A program made the position numbers and the translations under genes. Shown in pieces: positions 10,599 to 21,327 of a stretch of DNA of 64,000 nucleotides (the stretch's first letter is position 1; every line of letters begins with the position of its first letter). Source of the DNA: a virus (taxonomy: Duplodnaviria > Caudoviricetes); IMG/VR virus record IMGVR_UViG_3300031992_000007, positions 201,481 through 265,480 of that record. The stretch is one strand, 5' to 3'. The notes beneath the pieces are model-generated. The model worked only from the letters and a program-made list of their open reading frames with translations. It ran no database searches and was not told the DNA's origin.

Positions 10599-13500
10599 AT
10601 GGCAACAGATCAAAACACAAAGGTCAGCAAAGCCGTATTCGACCCCTCCAGAAACGATCATGATAACTCGGATCAGAGGACGTTGTACGGTCAGGTGCTA
10701 AGATTTCCTAGTCTGCCACCTGCACACATGGTTTTCGAAGGCGTAACTGTTTTCGACACGTCCACCAAAGACTTCTACGAATGCCAACACATCGTCACTG
10801 AAACTGCAGACTACTACGAGTGGGTAGCTGTTACTTTCGGTGCAGCGAGAGTGTTCCTTGTTCCTGTAGGTAAGCTTACTGAGAATGACATCTCCGACTA
10901 CACCGACAAGAGTGCGATAGATTGTGTGGCCAAGACCATCAACGAAATCATCGCTGGTCTTCACAGGTACGGAAAACATTTCGATTACCTTGGCTACAGA
11001 ACTGTTCATGTAGGAGAAGTCCTTGATCCTAATAAGGACTACTATGGATACAAGAACAACGATCTCATCGACATCGTTGGGAACGAGCTTAACAAGATCT
11101 ACACCGGTGAAGTGAGACTTCTCGATCCTTCCGAGTATGTGGTGTCAGTCCCTGTTGAGGAAGACTACAAGTACTTCCTTAAGTCAGATGAGCCGGATAT
11201 GACCGACTGTGTCAACCGACTCAATGAGATCATCGCTCTGCTCAACAAGCACTTCGCGGATATTCCTCTCATTGACATTCGCGAGACTGAGTACGATGCG
11301 ATAGCTCATGTACTCAACCTGGTTGTTGAAGAGGTCAACCCGTTCGCGGTACCGTGGCAGGTTGTTATCTACCGCATCTGGCATCTCGAACAGAAGGTTG
11401 GTAATGGGACGTTTGTACCGAACCTGGACGAGAGTCCAGTAGACTTCCCATCCTGGCTGGCGTACAAGTGGCTCAACTACGACAGTGATGAATTTGGTGA
11501 ACTCAAGGGAGCTACCGTCTGTCAGATCAACGACACTATCTTCAAGCTCATCGCTTCGATGGATGGGCAGATTGGTGATCTGATCACCTTCTTGTCTGAA
11601 GAGACTACCAAGTACAGACCTGGCAATCCATTCATCAACTTGGTTGACTACCTCAAGTTCGTTGTTGCTCAGATCCCTGAGATCAGAGCTAAACTCGAAC
11701 TGACTCTTGAAGGTATCCGCCAGTTGCGCAACTCTCTCGGCAACCTTGGCTATATCGTTTCCACCCACATTACATTCAGTAGCGATACTGAGTATTACTC
11801 GTGGAACAACGAGAATGCCAAGATGGACAAGCTTACTCGTGGTACAGACTACAACACGGGTGACAACGTAGAGGACTGGTGCACTGCGCATGATGTTACC
11901 CACATCTACACCTGGTCGTCTAATGATACTGCAGAACAACTTATCAAACACAATGCTGCGGAAATTGCAAAGAACCGTGCAGACATCGCTGCGATCAATG
12001 CGATCCTCGGTACGGAGCTTGGTGACAAGTTCTACATCGAAACCATCAGTGTTCCTGTGGTGATCGATGGTGTTGAACAACCTGTCTTTAAGTGTGAGGT
12101 TGGCTCTGACGAGGGTTATGGTGCGAACAAGAACACAGTCTTCGAAGAGATCGACATCTACGATCAGTCTGGAGTGCTCCGTCCCTACGAGGATCTTTAC
12201 AAAGAGTATGGACCTCTCTTCGTACTTGGTACACCCAAGGTCGTGACCAAGATCGTCGAGATGAACAACCGAGAGATAGCTGCCCTCAACAGGCGGATAT
12301 CCAAACGAGTCACGGATATCGAAGAGAACATGAACGTCCGTGCCGAGGCTCTTAAGGAACTGACTGGTGTTGAAGGTAACACCAAGGAAGTTGAGTCCTG
12401 GCATGTCGATGGTTACAAGAAGGTAGTTCTTCCTTGCTCTACCAGGTCCGTGTTCTTCGAGGCTTACACTCGTTATTACAAGAAAGTCGAGGTTGCTGAT
12501 GGAGAGGAATACGAAAACCACTTCATCACGAAACCTAAGGCTACGCTTGATAAGGTGTTCAAGGAGGGCAAGACCTACTACACTCCTATTCGCGGGTCGG
12601 TACATGAGCCGGACTACAACGAACCTATCGGGTTCCGTGAGCTAGTTCCTGGAACAGACTATCAGATCGGTGATTCTATCGTCCCTGGTGAGTTCGGTGA
12701 CTTCATCATGGAACTACAGGAAACCTACACGAACACCAAACCTTTCTTGTTCGTTGAACTTAAGGAAGGCACTGCGGCTCAGGTAGAGGCAGGTGAAGCG
12801 GATTACTGTCTGCCTAACTATGTCCTTACTGCGGACACTGTGTTCCAGAGTGATAAAGAGTACTTCATCAGGAACGTAGCTGGTAACTACATCAAGGCTA
12901 CTGGCGGAACGTGGGAAGAGTACCAGGCTGGAACTGTTTCCTACTGGATCAACTCGTATTACAGGACAAGTGACAAGACGTTCCAGGAGGATAAGGAATA
13001 CTACTCGTACGTCGAAGATACTGGCGAGTATGCCTTGCTGGAAGCTGGTGTCGATTATCAGATCGGCGTTACTATCACTGGCGAGATCTACGAGTACGGT
13101 ACACAGACTGTTCCTCCGAACAGCTTCTACGAGTACGTGGTTCCTGAATCCTCGATCATCAACCGCTACAGCAATGTCTGGGTGAGAGATCGTCAGTGGA
13201 AGGAGTACAACACTCACAGAGGTCTTATCGACAGGAACACTGACGACATCGCAAGGTGTCTGAAGAACTGTGGGTTGTTCCAGGACTGGACCAAGGGTCA
13301 GGTTGCTGCTATCAAGGACTTCATCATGTACATGATGCTTGCTACCTTGGACATCGTGACTCAGGAAAACAGCACCTTCTCTATTCTGCACAACACGACG
13401 GCTAAACTGGTTACCATTCTCAACGCCATTGCCAAGCTTGAAGGTAAAGTTACCTACAAGCATGCTGACGGTGTGTACGACGCTGCTTACGACTACTACA

Positions 13501-14105
13501 GGGCTATCGGATTCGATCTCACGACGGATACGACCTTCGTACCTGGTAAGACGTACTTCGTTCTTGATGGAACCACGTTCCGTGAAGCTACCGTTGAGAA
13601 GTATGCTCCTATCCCTGAGAACAAGTACTACGAAGCTGTCGAGTTCCACAAGCTTGTTCAGGAAGTGGATTACAGTATCGGACTTGAAGTGTCTCCTCGT
13701 ATCTTCACTGTTGACTTGGTTATGCCCACCGTGGAAAACTACACGATGACAGAGATCAAGGATGCAGTTAACAGGATACTCAGGAACTACATGGCTGATC
13801 CAAACCTTCCCGTGTACACTCCGCTACCTGTTGACCAGCCTATTCAGGAGAACATCGTCTACTACAGAAACGTAGATGAAGCGTGGGAGAGGATCGTGCC
13901 TGAGGAGGACGACCCCGACATGATAGGTCAGCTCATCAAGGAATACGATCCTGAACATGTGTGGTACATCAAACTGGATGAGGAAATCCCGGATGACGGC
14001 TACACGATGACTTGGATCCGTGTTCTGATGAACGAGATGATCCGTCTTCACAACAGAGGTGCTGAGACGTTCAACAACGCCTTCCAGAACTTCATAGCCA
14101 GCTAA
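10599..14105 (+). CDS. Large virion structural protein with coiled-coil segments and repeated TxD-F-KxYY modules
   Basis: 1168-aa ORF; TLDKVFKEGKTYY, TADTVFQSDKEYF, TSDKTFQEDKEYY, TTDTTFVPGKTYF. Confidence 0.75.
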   Translation: MATDQNTKVSKAVFDPSRNDHDNSDQRTLYGQVLRFPSLPPAHMVFEGVTVFDTSTKDFYECQHIVTETADYYEWVAVTFGAARVFLVPVGKLTENDISDYTDKSAIDCVAKTINEIIAGLHRYGKHFDYLGYRTVHVGEVLDPNKDYYGYKNNDLIDIVGNELNKIYTGEVRLLDPSEYVVSVPVEEDYKYFLKSDEPDMTDCVNRLNEIIALLNKHFADIPLIDIRETEYDAIAHVLNLVVEEVNPFAVPWQVVIYRIWHLEQKVGNGTFVPNLDESPVDFPSWLAYKWLNYDSDEFGELKGATVCQINDTIFKLIASMDGQIGDLITFLSEETTKYRPGNPFINLVDYLKFVVAQIPEIRAKLELTLEGIRQLRNSLGNLGYIVSTHITFSSDTEYYSWNNENAKMDKLTRGTDYNTGDNVEDWCTAHDVTHIYTWSSNDTAEQLIKHNAAEIAKNRADIAAINAILGTELGDKFYIETISVPVVIDGVEQPVFKCEVGSDEGYGANKNTVFEEIDIYDQSGVLRPYEDLYKEYGPLFVLGTPKVVTKIVEMNNREIAALNRRISKRVTDIEENMNVRAEALKELTGVEGNTKEVESWHVDGYKKVVLPCSTRSVFFEAYTRYYKKVEVADGEEYENHFITKPKATLDKVFKEGKTYYTPIRGSVHEPDYNEPIGFRELVPGTDYQIGDSIVPGEFGDFIMELQETYTNTKPFLFVELKEGTAAQVEAGEADYCLPNYVLTADTVFQSDKEYFIRNVAGNYIKATGGTWEEYQAGTVSYWINSYYRTSDKTFQEDKEYYSYVEDTGEYALLEAGVDYQIGVTITGEIYEYGTQTVPPNSFYEYVVPESSIINRYSNVWVRDRQWKEYNTHRGLIDRNTDDIARCLKNCGLFQDWTKGQVAAIKDFIMYMMLATLDIVTQENSTFSILHNTTAKLVTILNAIAKLEGKVTYKHADGVYDAAYDYYRAIGFDLTTDTTFVPGKTYFVLDGTTFREATVEKYAPIPENKYYEAVEFHKLVQEVDYSIGLEVSPRIFTVDLVMPTVENYTMTEIKDAVNRILRNYMADPNLPVYTPLPVDQPIQENIVYYRNVDEAWERIVPEEDDPDMIGQLIKEYDPEHVWYIKLDEEIPDDGYTMTWIRVLMNEMIRLHNRGAETFNNAFQNFIAS

Positions 14106-14120
14106 ACTTAGGAGGAGAAA

Positions 14121-16298
14121 ATGGCAACTAAGAGTGCAAATTCTGTGGTCAAACCAAGGTGGCCTAAACCTCTTAAAGCAGTATCGGCCAACGATGGTCA
14201 CGTCTATTATCTCATCGGGGACGATGGTGATGAAGGTGTAGCGAATGTAACGTTCGTAGACTTCTACTCATCCCTTAACCAGTTCGCGCCTAAGGCAGCT
14301 AGCGCTCCGTGGAATGACCCTGACGGGTTCTTCTTCGTGCGCGATGCTGCCTCGAGCGGTCCGGATCACTACGGTGATCCGACCGTTCATGCGGGCTGGG
14401 CTATGTACATCTGGGATGGTACGAAGTACAAACCTGAGTCCTCGAATTCCGGATGGATCAAAATCTCCCAACAGGGTGACACCGACTGGGATATCACTGA
14501 TGAGCTAAAAGCGATGTTCGTTCTCAAGACGGTTTACAACGTCAAGATGAACGAAATCGACAAACACTTCCAGAGGGTTGAAGGTTCGATCATCCAGATT
14601 GGCTCTCGAGTCAAAACACTCGAGGTCAAGATGGACAAGATCTATCCCATGGCTCACGTCCATGTCAACAAGGAAGTTCTGGATCAGTTATCTGAACCTT
14701 ATCTCAATGTCCTATATTACAAAGGTCGTCCTATAGGAGGCAACTCCTACATTTACAACCACGTTGAGGATGTTGACGGAACAAAGGAGATCACTTGGTG
14801 CGATCCTACTCTGACTGAGGATAAGTGGACCCACGAGGTAGTTGACAACTCCGAGGCAATAGCCAATAAGTTCACTGAGACCGACCTGGCTAGACTTGGA
14901 CTGACTCTCATCGTTGTTGAAGCAGATGGTTCTCTGTCTCTGTTCAAGTACATCAATAACCCAGATGGTGAAGGTATAGTTCCCAAGTTCGCTCAGACCA
15001 TCGTCAGAGATAACCTCGGTCTCGCTGAATATGTGATCATGCTTCCTCCTGCTGCCAAGCAGTATGTTGGACGTGGTTGCTGGGTACCTGTGCAGGATGA
15101 CGGTGTTCATACCGTCAACCACTTGCACAAGTGTATCAAGGTTACCGATGATGTAGAGACCGGCGCTCATCACTACGAGTGGACTGACGTTACCAACAAC
15201 GGAAGTCAGCTCGGAGTAAAGGGTTCGGAAATCGATATCTGTTTCTCCGAAAACTACACCATGTGGACTAGGAACCATCTCCACTTCACTATCCCTGCCG
15301 ATACTACCAAAGAGGGTAACATCCCTGTTCGGTGGGCTAAGACAGTTATCGTGAGGAAGTTCGGTTCTGCTCCGGAGAATGCCAACGATGGTACTGTGGT
15401 GCTTACCTTGACTGACAAGTCCAAGTACGCAACTGAGTGCTTCATCGATACTGTTCCGTATATCAGTCATCTGAAGAACGATGAACCGATGTACTGGTAT
15501 TACAGGGCGTTTTCTACGACTATGTCTGGTGACACCTATTCTGCTACAGATGCTGTTGTTGCTAAGAAGCTTGACTGGAAGATGATCTACTCTATCCTTC
15601 ATGGAGATAACGCGGATATCGTGTTCCATGTGGGTGATGAAATCTACCTCCCTCATCATGCCGAGTACGGTGACATCCTCTGCGAAATAGTTGGTGTTAA
15701 CACGACTGTCTTCGGTTCTGAGGAACCTGGACTTCTGGTGGTTACTAAGAACGTTCTCTGTGAGAAAGAGATAGATGCTGCTGAACCTGCTAGTGCGTCT
15801 GGTTCTAGTAACCCCGAGTGGATAGGTGAGGCACATGGTAGCAACGGATCGTTGCTGAACAATGTCCACAACCTTACTACCCTGAACATCATCAACTGGC
15901 TTAACAGCACAGAACAAACTGTTACGTACAAGAAGACGGCATTCGATCAGACTCCTTCCTACGGGACGGAAGCTGGTTTCATGTCAGGCTTCGATGTTGA
16001 TGATCGTGCAGTGTTCGGTTATCATCCGTCGTTCGCGACAGGTAACGAACAGATCGATGCAGTTAAGGTATGTTTGCCTAGGTCAGAGATGCGTTCCTGG
16101 GATAACATCACCAAGACCAAGACGATCGGTAACTCGACAACTCCAACTGTCTGGGCTTCGATGACTGGTGTGGACAGTGCTGCATCTAACCGACCCAAGT
16201 TCAAATTCAAGCTTAGCGATGGCAATGATGTTCTGCCTGAGGAAACAACGGGTATCGTCCCGATGTTCTTCTTGGTAGGCATAGATCCTGAAGCATAA
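14121..16298 (+). CDS. Fibre paralog: FN3-like domain plus DUF6273/CLec-like C-terminus
   Basis: WAKTVIVRKFGSAPENANDGTVV motif and FHVGDEI motif shared with neighbouring paralogs; AGGAGG RBS. Confidence 0.65.
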   Translation: MATKSANSVVKPRWPKPLKAVSANDGHVYYLIGDDGDEGVANVTFVDFYSSLNQFAPKAASAPWNDPDGFFFVRDAASSGPDHYGDPTVHAGWAMYIWDGTKYKPESSNSGWIKISQQGDTDWDITDELKAMFVLKTVYNVKMNEIDKHFQRVEGSIIQIGSRVKTLEVKMDKIYPMAHVHVNKEVLDQLSEPYLNVLYYKGRPIGGNSYIYNHVEDVDGTKEITWCDPTLTEDKWTHEVVDNSEAIANKFTETDLARLGLTLIVVEADGSLSLFKYINNPDGEGIVPKFAQTIVRDNLGLAEYVIMLPPAAKQYVGRGCWVPVQDDGVHTVNHLHKCIKVTDDVETGAHHYEWTDVTNNGSQLGVKGSEIDICFSENYTMWTRNHLHFTIPADTTKEGNIPVRWAKTVIVRKFGSAPENANDGTVVLTLTDKSKYATECFIDTVPYISHLKNDEPMYWYYRAFSTTMSGDTYSATDAVVAKKLDWKMIYSILHGDNADIVFHVGDEIYLPHHAEYGDILCEIVGVNTTVFGSEEPGLLVVTKNVLCEKEIDAAEPASASGSSNPEWIGEAHGSNGSLLNNVHNLTTLNIINWLNSTEQTVTYKKTAFDQTPSYGTEAGFMSGFDVDDRAVFGYHPSFATGNEQIDAVKVCLPRSEMRSWDNITKTKTIGNSTTPTVWASMTGVDSAASNRPKFKFKLSDGNDVLPEETTGIVPMFFLVGIDPEA

Positions 16299-16310
16299 AG
16301 CAAACCCTAC

Positions 16311-16336
16311 CCCTAGTGCCCGCGAGGGCACTAGGG
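16311..16336. terminator. Hairpin between convergent genes
   Basis: CCCTAGTGCCC-GCGA-GGGCACTAGGG followed by a T-tract. Confidence 0.8.
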
Positions 16337-16350
16337 ATGGGATTCTTTTT

Positions 16351-16896
16351 TCAGTCCGTAATAACGGCATCCTGATAGGTCATGAACCCAGTCTTGAAGA
16401 TATGGAACAACCTGTAGCAGTAGGAGTCTGGGTTCGAACCGATTCTGTCGAATGGTATCGGATAGCCCATGACTCCGTCCTCAGCAATGGAGCTGAACAG
16501 AGTAGTTCCATCATCGATGTTCTCTGGCATGGAACCCTTCTTGCACACAAGCACATCCCGGTCAAACACATCTACTTCTATTCTGTCAACAGCATTAAGC
16601 ATGTTAGAGATGTGGAGTAGATAGTGTGTACCACTGCGCACGAGGATAACAGATCCTTCTGGGTCGGGGAAGATGTTGCCATCGAAGGTGATGTCAACCC
16701 ACTCCCCTTCCTTCTGCACGTAGTAGTGCATGGCAACATATCCAGCTTGTGTATCGACCAACCTGAAGACGGACCCTGGAGGAAGGGTAGACGGATCAGG
16801 AAGTTCGGTAGTACATCTGACCATGATTGGCATAGCCGAGAGGTTAGCAATGGGCTCGTATGTCTTAACAGAACCTTTAATCTTCATTGTCAGCAC
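16351..16896 (-). CDS. Short fibre-family protein (FN3-like domain only)
   Basis: LVCKKGSMPENIDDGTTL motif homologous to its neighbours. Confidence 0.6.
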   Translation of the reverse strand: MLTMKIKGSVKTYEPIANLSAMPIMVRCTTELPDPSTLPPGSVFRLVDTQAGYVAMHYYVQKEGEWVDITFDGNIFPDPEGSVILVRSGTHYLLHISNMLNAVDRIEVDVFDRDVLVCKKGSMPENIDDGTTLFSSIAEDGVMGYPIPFDRIGSNPDSYCYRLFHIFKTGFMTYQDAVITD

Positions 16897-16902
16897 TCCT
16901 TA

Positions 16903-18654
16903 CTAGGCTACGATACAACACCAGGCAACACCAGGTGCAGTCTGTATCCCATTAACATCTGTTTTGTCAGCCGCTACCTTTGACATACTGCAAGGAGCAG
17001 TGCTCACTACCTCAGTCCCTAGAGGAGGAGGTTCAGTGAACCCTCTGCTCTTGACAGACCATACCGACGAGTCTCCTATTACAGAGTACACGTTAGGTGA
17101 AATCTCTATCATTCCCAAGGATCTGGTGTAATAGCCAGACAACTGTCCGTTCACATCGTACTTGACGTGAGATCTTGTTTCACCCAATTCAGGGATCTCG
17201 ATCTCTGGGTTGAAGTACGTCCAGAACAATCCTTCAGGAACAGTGAAGAAGACCGCACTGTTCTTGCCGAAGAGTTCATAGTACGAAGGAATGAAGATCT
17301 TGTCCTTCGTCACCACTGGAGGATAACGGGGAGTCGATCCAGGATGAGTCAAGTCACTACCAAGAGTTGTGACAGCAGCATCAGCTAGAACATTCCTAAA
17401 CTCTGCTTCTAGGAAGTCGTAGAATCCAGGCATTTCTCGCTTGCCGTATACACAAACCTGTTCACCAGCACCTGCGGGCAGATCATGAGGATGGGTAGGT
17501 TCGAATTCGTAGAACGCCTCGAAATACCCAAGCTCTTTCGGGTTAACTCTGTCCGGCCACGGTGGAATAGGAACTTGGATGTAGTTGCCTTCTTCAAGAA
17601 TGAAGTAGTACTTGTTCAGATCCCACTTGACGTCCTCAGACACCGTGAATCTGGTGTGTTTATTGAGGAACTGTCTCAAGTTGGATGATACCCAATCAGC
17701 TCTTCCTCTTTCACTTGCCCAGTAGGTCTTGTCCGCCTCACTGATGTTATCAGCTGGGTTGACAACTGTCTGCCTGAGTTCATTGATAATGGAATGCTGC
17801 TCCTTGGCATCATAAGTACACTTGGGGAGGCAGTGTCTCGACATAAAGATAACACCTGGTTTCTGAACAACAGTGTCTCCTTGGTACACAGGGATATTAG
17901 TTCCCATATGAACAACTTGGAGATCAAGAGTTCCAAGAAGTCCGTGCTCGATCTCGACACAGTCTCCAACAGCGAAGATAGTTCCGCCTTTCCCAGCACG
18001 GATAATATCCCGAACATCTTCCCAAGTGAGAGTCTTGGAACCTTCTGCATCCAAGCCAGTTGCTACACCGTACTTAGTAACAGCGAAGATGTTGTAGGAG
18101 TAGTTCATCCCTCTAGGATAAGTGTCGAACAGAGGATCCTCCGCAGTGTAGTGATCACGTACACCAGACATGGCAACTATCTCACCATCGTGGATAGTCT
18201 TGGGCTGATAGGCATCAGGGTCTCCACCAGAAGGTACGAACTTGCGTACCACGACAGTATAAGCCCAAGTTGCACTGTCAGCAGCATCTCTGTACTTCTT
18301 GTCCTTAGGATCAGTCCAATACAAAGTTGTGTAACCACTGTAGCTATCGATGGTGATGTTGACATCACTAACCTTATCCAGAGCACCAGCTTCAGAGAAG
18401 GTAGCTATCTCCCAGGAGTAGACGATAACCTTGATACCAGTTGAAGGATCAACCTCATAGTGTGACACGCACTTATAGACATAACCCTTGAGGTAAATGC
18501 GATCACCTACTTTGCAGGACTCTCTTAGGAAGAAACTCTGACCAAAGTTATCCTTACTAGGTGTAGGCAGTTCGTCTACAACATGGATGAGAGAACGAAG
18601 ATCTTCAGGTAAAGCGACCAATTCATCGTTGTCGATCAGTCTGTATTTCTTCAT
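16903..18654 (-). CDS. Fibre paralog: FN3-like plus DUF6273/CLec-like domain
   Basis: WTDP, WAYTVVVRK, FAVGD, WVSSNLRQFLN, DKIFIPS, YYTRS motifs. Confidence 0.7.
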   Translation of the reverse strand: MKKYRLIDNDELVALPEDLRSLIHVVDELPTPSKDNFGQSFFLRESCKVGDRIYLKGYVYKCVSHYEVDPSTGIKVIVYSWEIATFSEAGALDKVSDVNITIDSYSGYTTLYWTDPKDKKYRDAADSATWAYTVVVRKFVPSGGDPDAYQPKTIHDGEIVAMSGVRDHYTAEDPLFDTYPRGMNYSYNIFAVTKYGVATGLDAEGSKTLTWEDVRDIIRAGKGGTIFAVGDCVEIEHGLLGTLDLQVVHMGTNIPVYQGDTVVQKPGVIFMSRHCLPKCTYDAKEQHSIINELRQTVVNPADNISEADKTYWASERGRADWVSSNLRQFLNKHTRFTVSEDVKWDLNKYYFILEEGNYIQVPIPPWPDRVNPKELGYFEAFYEFEPTHPHDLPAGAGEQVCVYGKREMPGFYDFLEAEFRNVLADAAVTTLGSDLTHPGSTPRYPPVVTKDKIFIPSYYELFGKNSAVFFTVPEGLFWTYFNPEIEIPELGETRSHVKYDVNGQLSGYYTRSLGMIEISPNVYSVIGDSSVWSVKSRGFTEPPPLGTEVVSTAPCSMSKVAADKTDVNGIQTAPGVAWCCIVA

Positions 18655-18662
18655 AATTCTCC

Positions 18663-19970
18663 TTAACCGATAGATAGGATAACGTAAGACGTTTTCTTCG
18701 ACTTGGCCACATCCAGCTCAGTGTAGTACTTCCCTAGAGAGTAGTATCTGTACCAGAGTTTGAAAGTGTCTTCGATATTGGGAGTCATTGACCAACCAGT
18801 TAGGTTGTACTGCTCTAGTTCACTAACTGTAGGAAGACGCACTCTATTTGGAACATTGTCCAGGAAGTCATTAGTTTCCAGGATCATGCTCGTGAAGATA
18901 GAGTCTAGTCCATTTAGGTAGTTGATGAATGTACCATTGAGGTAAGCTCTAGATGTGCTAGTGCTCCACTTGTTACTACCATTGGCAACAGCTTCCATAT
19001 CTGTTTCCTTGACATAGATACCCATGCTGGAAGTGATGTGCGTACCAGTAGGAACGGATGTCACAACGAACAATCCATTCTTCTTGATGTAATACACCTT
19101 GGTACCTTTGGCAGGAGCTATCTCATCTGTTACAAGGATGTACTGAGCGTGGGCATTATCGAAGGCAAGGTTTGCAACAGTTGACTTACTCCTGAGTGCA
19201 ACCGACCTAGGTCTAGCTGCATCGGTAGAGTGGAACATATCGAACCCTATAACCTCAAAAGAAAAACGTTTGGAACCATTAACCAAGGTTATCTCATCTC
19301 CGATGTGGAAGATCTTGTCTGCAAATCCATTCTGAATCTGGGTTGACATGATCGGTCCCCACTCGGGAGACTGAGGAATAACCTGACAGGTATCATCAGA
19401 GGAAACTACTCCATCTGCACTGTAAGCGAAGACTTTGTAGCGAGCAGCACCAGAGAGTCGTTCAGGAAGGAGATCAATGAATGCTTCACTCTGTCCCCAG
19501 TACTGATCCCTGATAGTGGATTCAACTACAACCGTCCCGTCATTTTCATTGGCAGGATAGTCCTGGAACTTACGGACGACACGAGTTTTCTTCCACGCAT
19601 ACCTTCCAGTGTTCTCAGGATCTTTCCACCTGAGGATAACAGAAGACTTATCGGGAGACTGAACACATGTGATCTCAGTAGGTATACCAACTCCCTTGGT
19701 AGGAGCACTCAACCTAACCCACTTGGTAACATCAACATTCTTCTCCGTGGTGAGCACTTCCCCCGGCTGGAACGAGCCTATTCTGACTGACGGGATACAA
19801 ATCTTGTGCGGGTAAATACCAACATCAGGAAGTACATCAACGAATTTATACGCCCAACAGATGTCTGTACCATCTGGAATCACTTCCTCGCTACCGATCT
19901 TACCTGATCTCGTACAAAACTCAGCTTCTGGTGGAATATAAGGAACGAACTTCTCCATGATTCTAGCCAT
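18663..19970 (-). CDS. Fibre paralog: FN3-like plus DUF6273/CLec-like domain
   Basis: WKDP, WKKTRVVRK, PANENDGTVV, FHIGDEI, WSTSTSRAYLN motifs. Confidence 0.7.
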   Translation of the reverse strand: MARIMEKFVPYIPPEAEFCTRSGKIGSEEVIPDGTDICWAYKFVDVLPDVGIYPHKICIPSVRIGSFQPGEVLTTEKNVDVTKWVRLSAPTKGVGIPTEITCVQSPDKSSVILRWKDPENTGRYAWKKTRVVRKFQDYPANENDGTVVVESTIRDQYWGQSEAFIDLLPERLSGAARYKVFAYSADGVVSSDDTCQVIPQSPEWGPIMSTQIQNGFADKIFHIGDEITLVNGSKRFSFEVIGFDMFHSTDAARPRSVALRSKSTVANLAFDNAHAQYILVTDEIAPAKGTKVYYIKKNGLFVVTSVPTGTHITSSMGIYVKETDMEAVANGSNKWSTSTSRAYLNGTFINYLNGLDSIFTSMILETNDFLDNVPNRVRLPTVSELEQYNLTGWSMTPNIEDTFKLWYRYYSLGKYYTELDVAKSKKTSYVILSIG

Positions 19971-20051
19971 GGTTACAAATTCCTTTCTTAGCTAGTGAAC
20001 CCCATGGAGGGTTCACTAGCATGTTTAGATTGTGAACAGCATAAGATGGAA

Positions 20052-20411
20052 TTACGTCTTTGCCTGTTCTTGCATCAACTTGTCCCTGTATGCACAATCT
20101 CTTCCTTTGTCTGGATTGACTATACACTTCCTGTACGGGCAGTAGAACTGTTCGGACCTAGGAGTTGGAGGCTGGTTCAACTTCTTAAGAACTCCATCGA
20201 TGATCCTTTCAGCTGGAGAAGGTGTTAGCTTCTGTAGAGCTGGGCACTGGGAACAGGACTTAAGATAGTTCACTATGCCCGTGTGCCACTTCCACCTGCG
20301 CCTGATAGCTAAAGGTGAGTTGTCAGTTAGATCAGGAAGGTCATGATGCTTCTTTCGCAGGGCTTGAGGCATTGCTTTTCTTTCCTTTCTTAGATGGTTT
20401 TGGAGCTTCAA
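20052..20411 (-). CDS. Possible small Cys-rich protein overlapping the end of the Avd-like gene
   Basis: CSQC and CPYRKC motifs; fills an otherwise empty gap; start uncertain. Confidence 0.35.
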   Translation of the reverse strand: MKLQNHLRKERKAMPQALRKKHHDLPDLTDNSPLAIRRRWKWHTGIVNYLKSCSQCPALQKLTPSPAERIIDGVLKKLNQPPTPRSEQFYCPYRKCIVNPDKGRDCAYRDKLMQEQAKT

Positions 20412-21327
20412 TTTCCTCTGTCATCTCGTCAGGTGTATTCCCCGATGAGATCTCAATGGTAGCAGCTAAAGGTTTCTTAGCTTCTTCCTCAGGATCTATC
20501 TTGGGTTGTGGTTCATCTCTGTCATCAGGGAGGATGATAGGTTCAGCTGGAACAACTTCCACTCTAACATCTCTGGCAGGAATAGCTTTCTCAGCGTAAC
20601 CAGGACGATGAGGTGGTTCCAGTTCCTGTTTAGGTTGCCCGAACAAGAACTTGTCATTCTTAAGAGCCGCTTCTCTTTCCTCTTCTGACATCTTCACGTA
20701 CCTTACTTCCTCCTGAGGAGCTTTAGGTAGACTGTCAGCCGGTGGGATATACCTGGGTTTGTCAGGATCAAGATGGTAGCTTGCTGGAGCTTGAGCACGA
20801 ACGTCCTTAATAAGACTATCGAAGTCAACTCTAACAGGAGCTGTTCCCATGATCTCAGCTGCAGTTATCTTGTGTTTGAAGAAAGAAGTGTCAACCTTGT
20901 CTTTCCTGAGGATGTGGAGAGAAGCTCCCTGTCTGGCAGCATCGCTTTCCATCCACTTCTTCAACAGTCTTTCTACCTCGATAGACTTTGTCAAGAAGAC
21001 AGACATCTTCTCACTGTCCATCTGAGTAACTGTATAAAGAACTCTAAGGGCTGCAAGGAGTTTAACCAACTCTCTTCTGCACAATGTCTGAAGTCTTTTC
21101 CTCTCTTCAGCTAGGTCTTTGTCGTAGAGATCCAAGGAGTTAGCAACTGCTATATTCTCGTAGATGTACTGAGTGTGATCAGTAATGCACTTACCCAGAG
21201 TGTCCCTATAGACTCGACTAAGTACATTTTCATCCAAAGTAGCTTGCTGCATCAAGATGTGAAGTTCCCTAGATCTCTCTAGAACAGTAAGTGTAGGAGG
21301 AGTCCTTTGGTCCCTGGTAGTTTCCAT
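20341..21327 (-). CDS. Avd-like four-helix-bundle protein (DGR accessory variability determinant family) with a long Pro/Glu/Lys-rich C-terminal extension
   Basis: N-terminal ~130 aa (YRDTLGKCI...IYENIAVANS...ERKRLQT...EVERLLKKWMESDAAR) follows the Avd-family pattern as I recall it. ATG at 21327 is coupled (TAATG) to the upstream ORF. Confidence 0.65.
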   Translation of the reverse strand: METTRDQRTPPTLTVLERSRELHILMQQATLDENVLSRVYRDTLGKCITDHTQYIYENIAVANSLDLYDKDLAEERKRLQTLCRRELVKLLAALRVLYTVTQMDSEKMSVFLTKSIEVERLLKKWMESDAARQGASLHILRKDKVDTSFFKHKITAAEIMGTAPVRVDFDSLIKDVRAQAPASYHLDPDKPRYIPPADSLPKAPQEEVRYVKMSEEEREAALKNDKFLFGQPKQELEPPHRPGYAEKAIPARDVRVEVVPAEPIILPDDRDEPQPKIDPEEEAKKPLAATIEISSGNTPDEMTEEIEAPKPSKKGKKSNASSPAKEAS

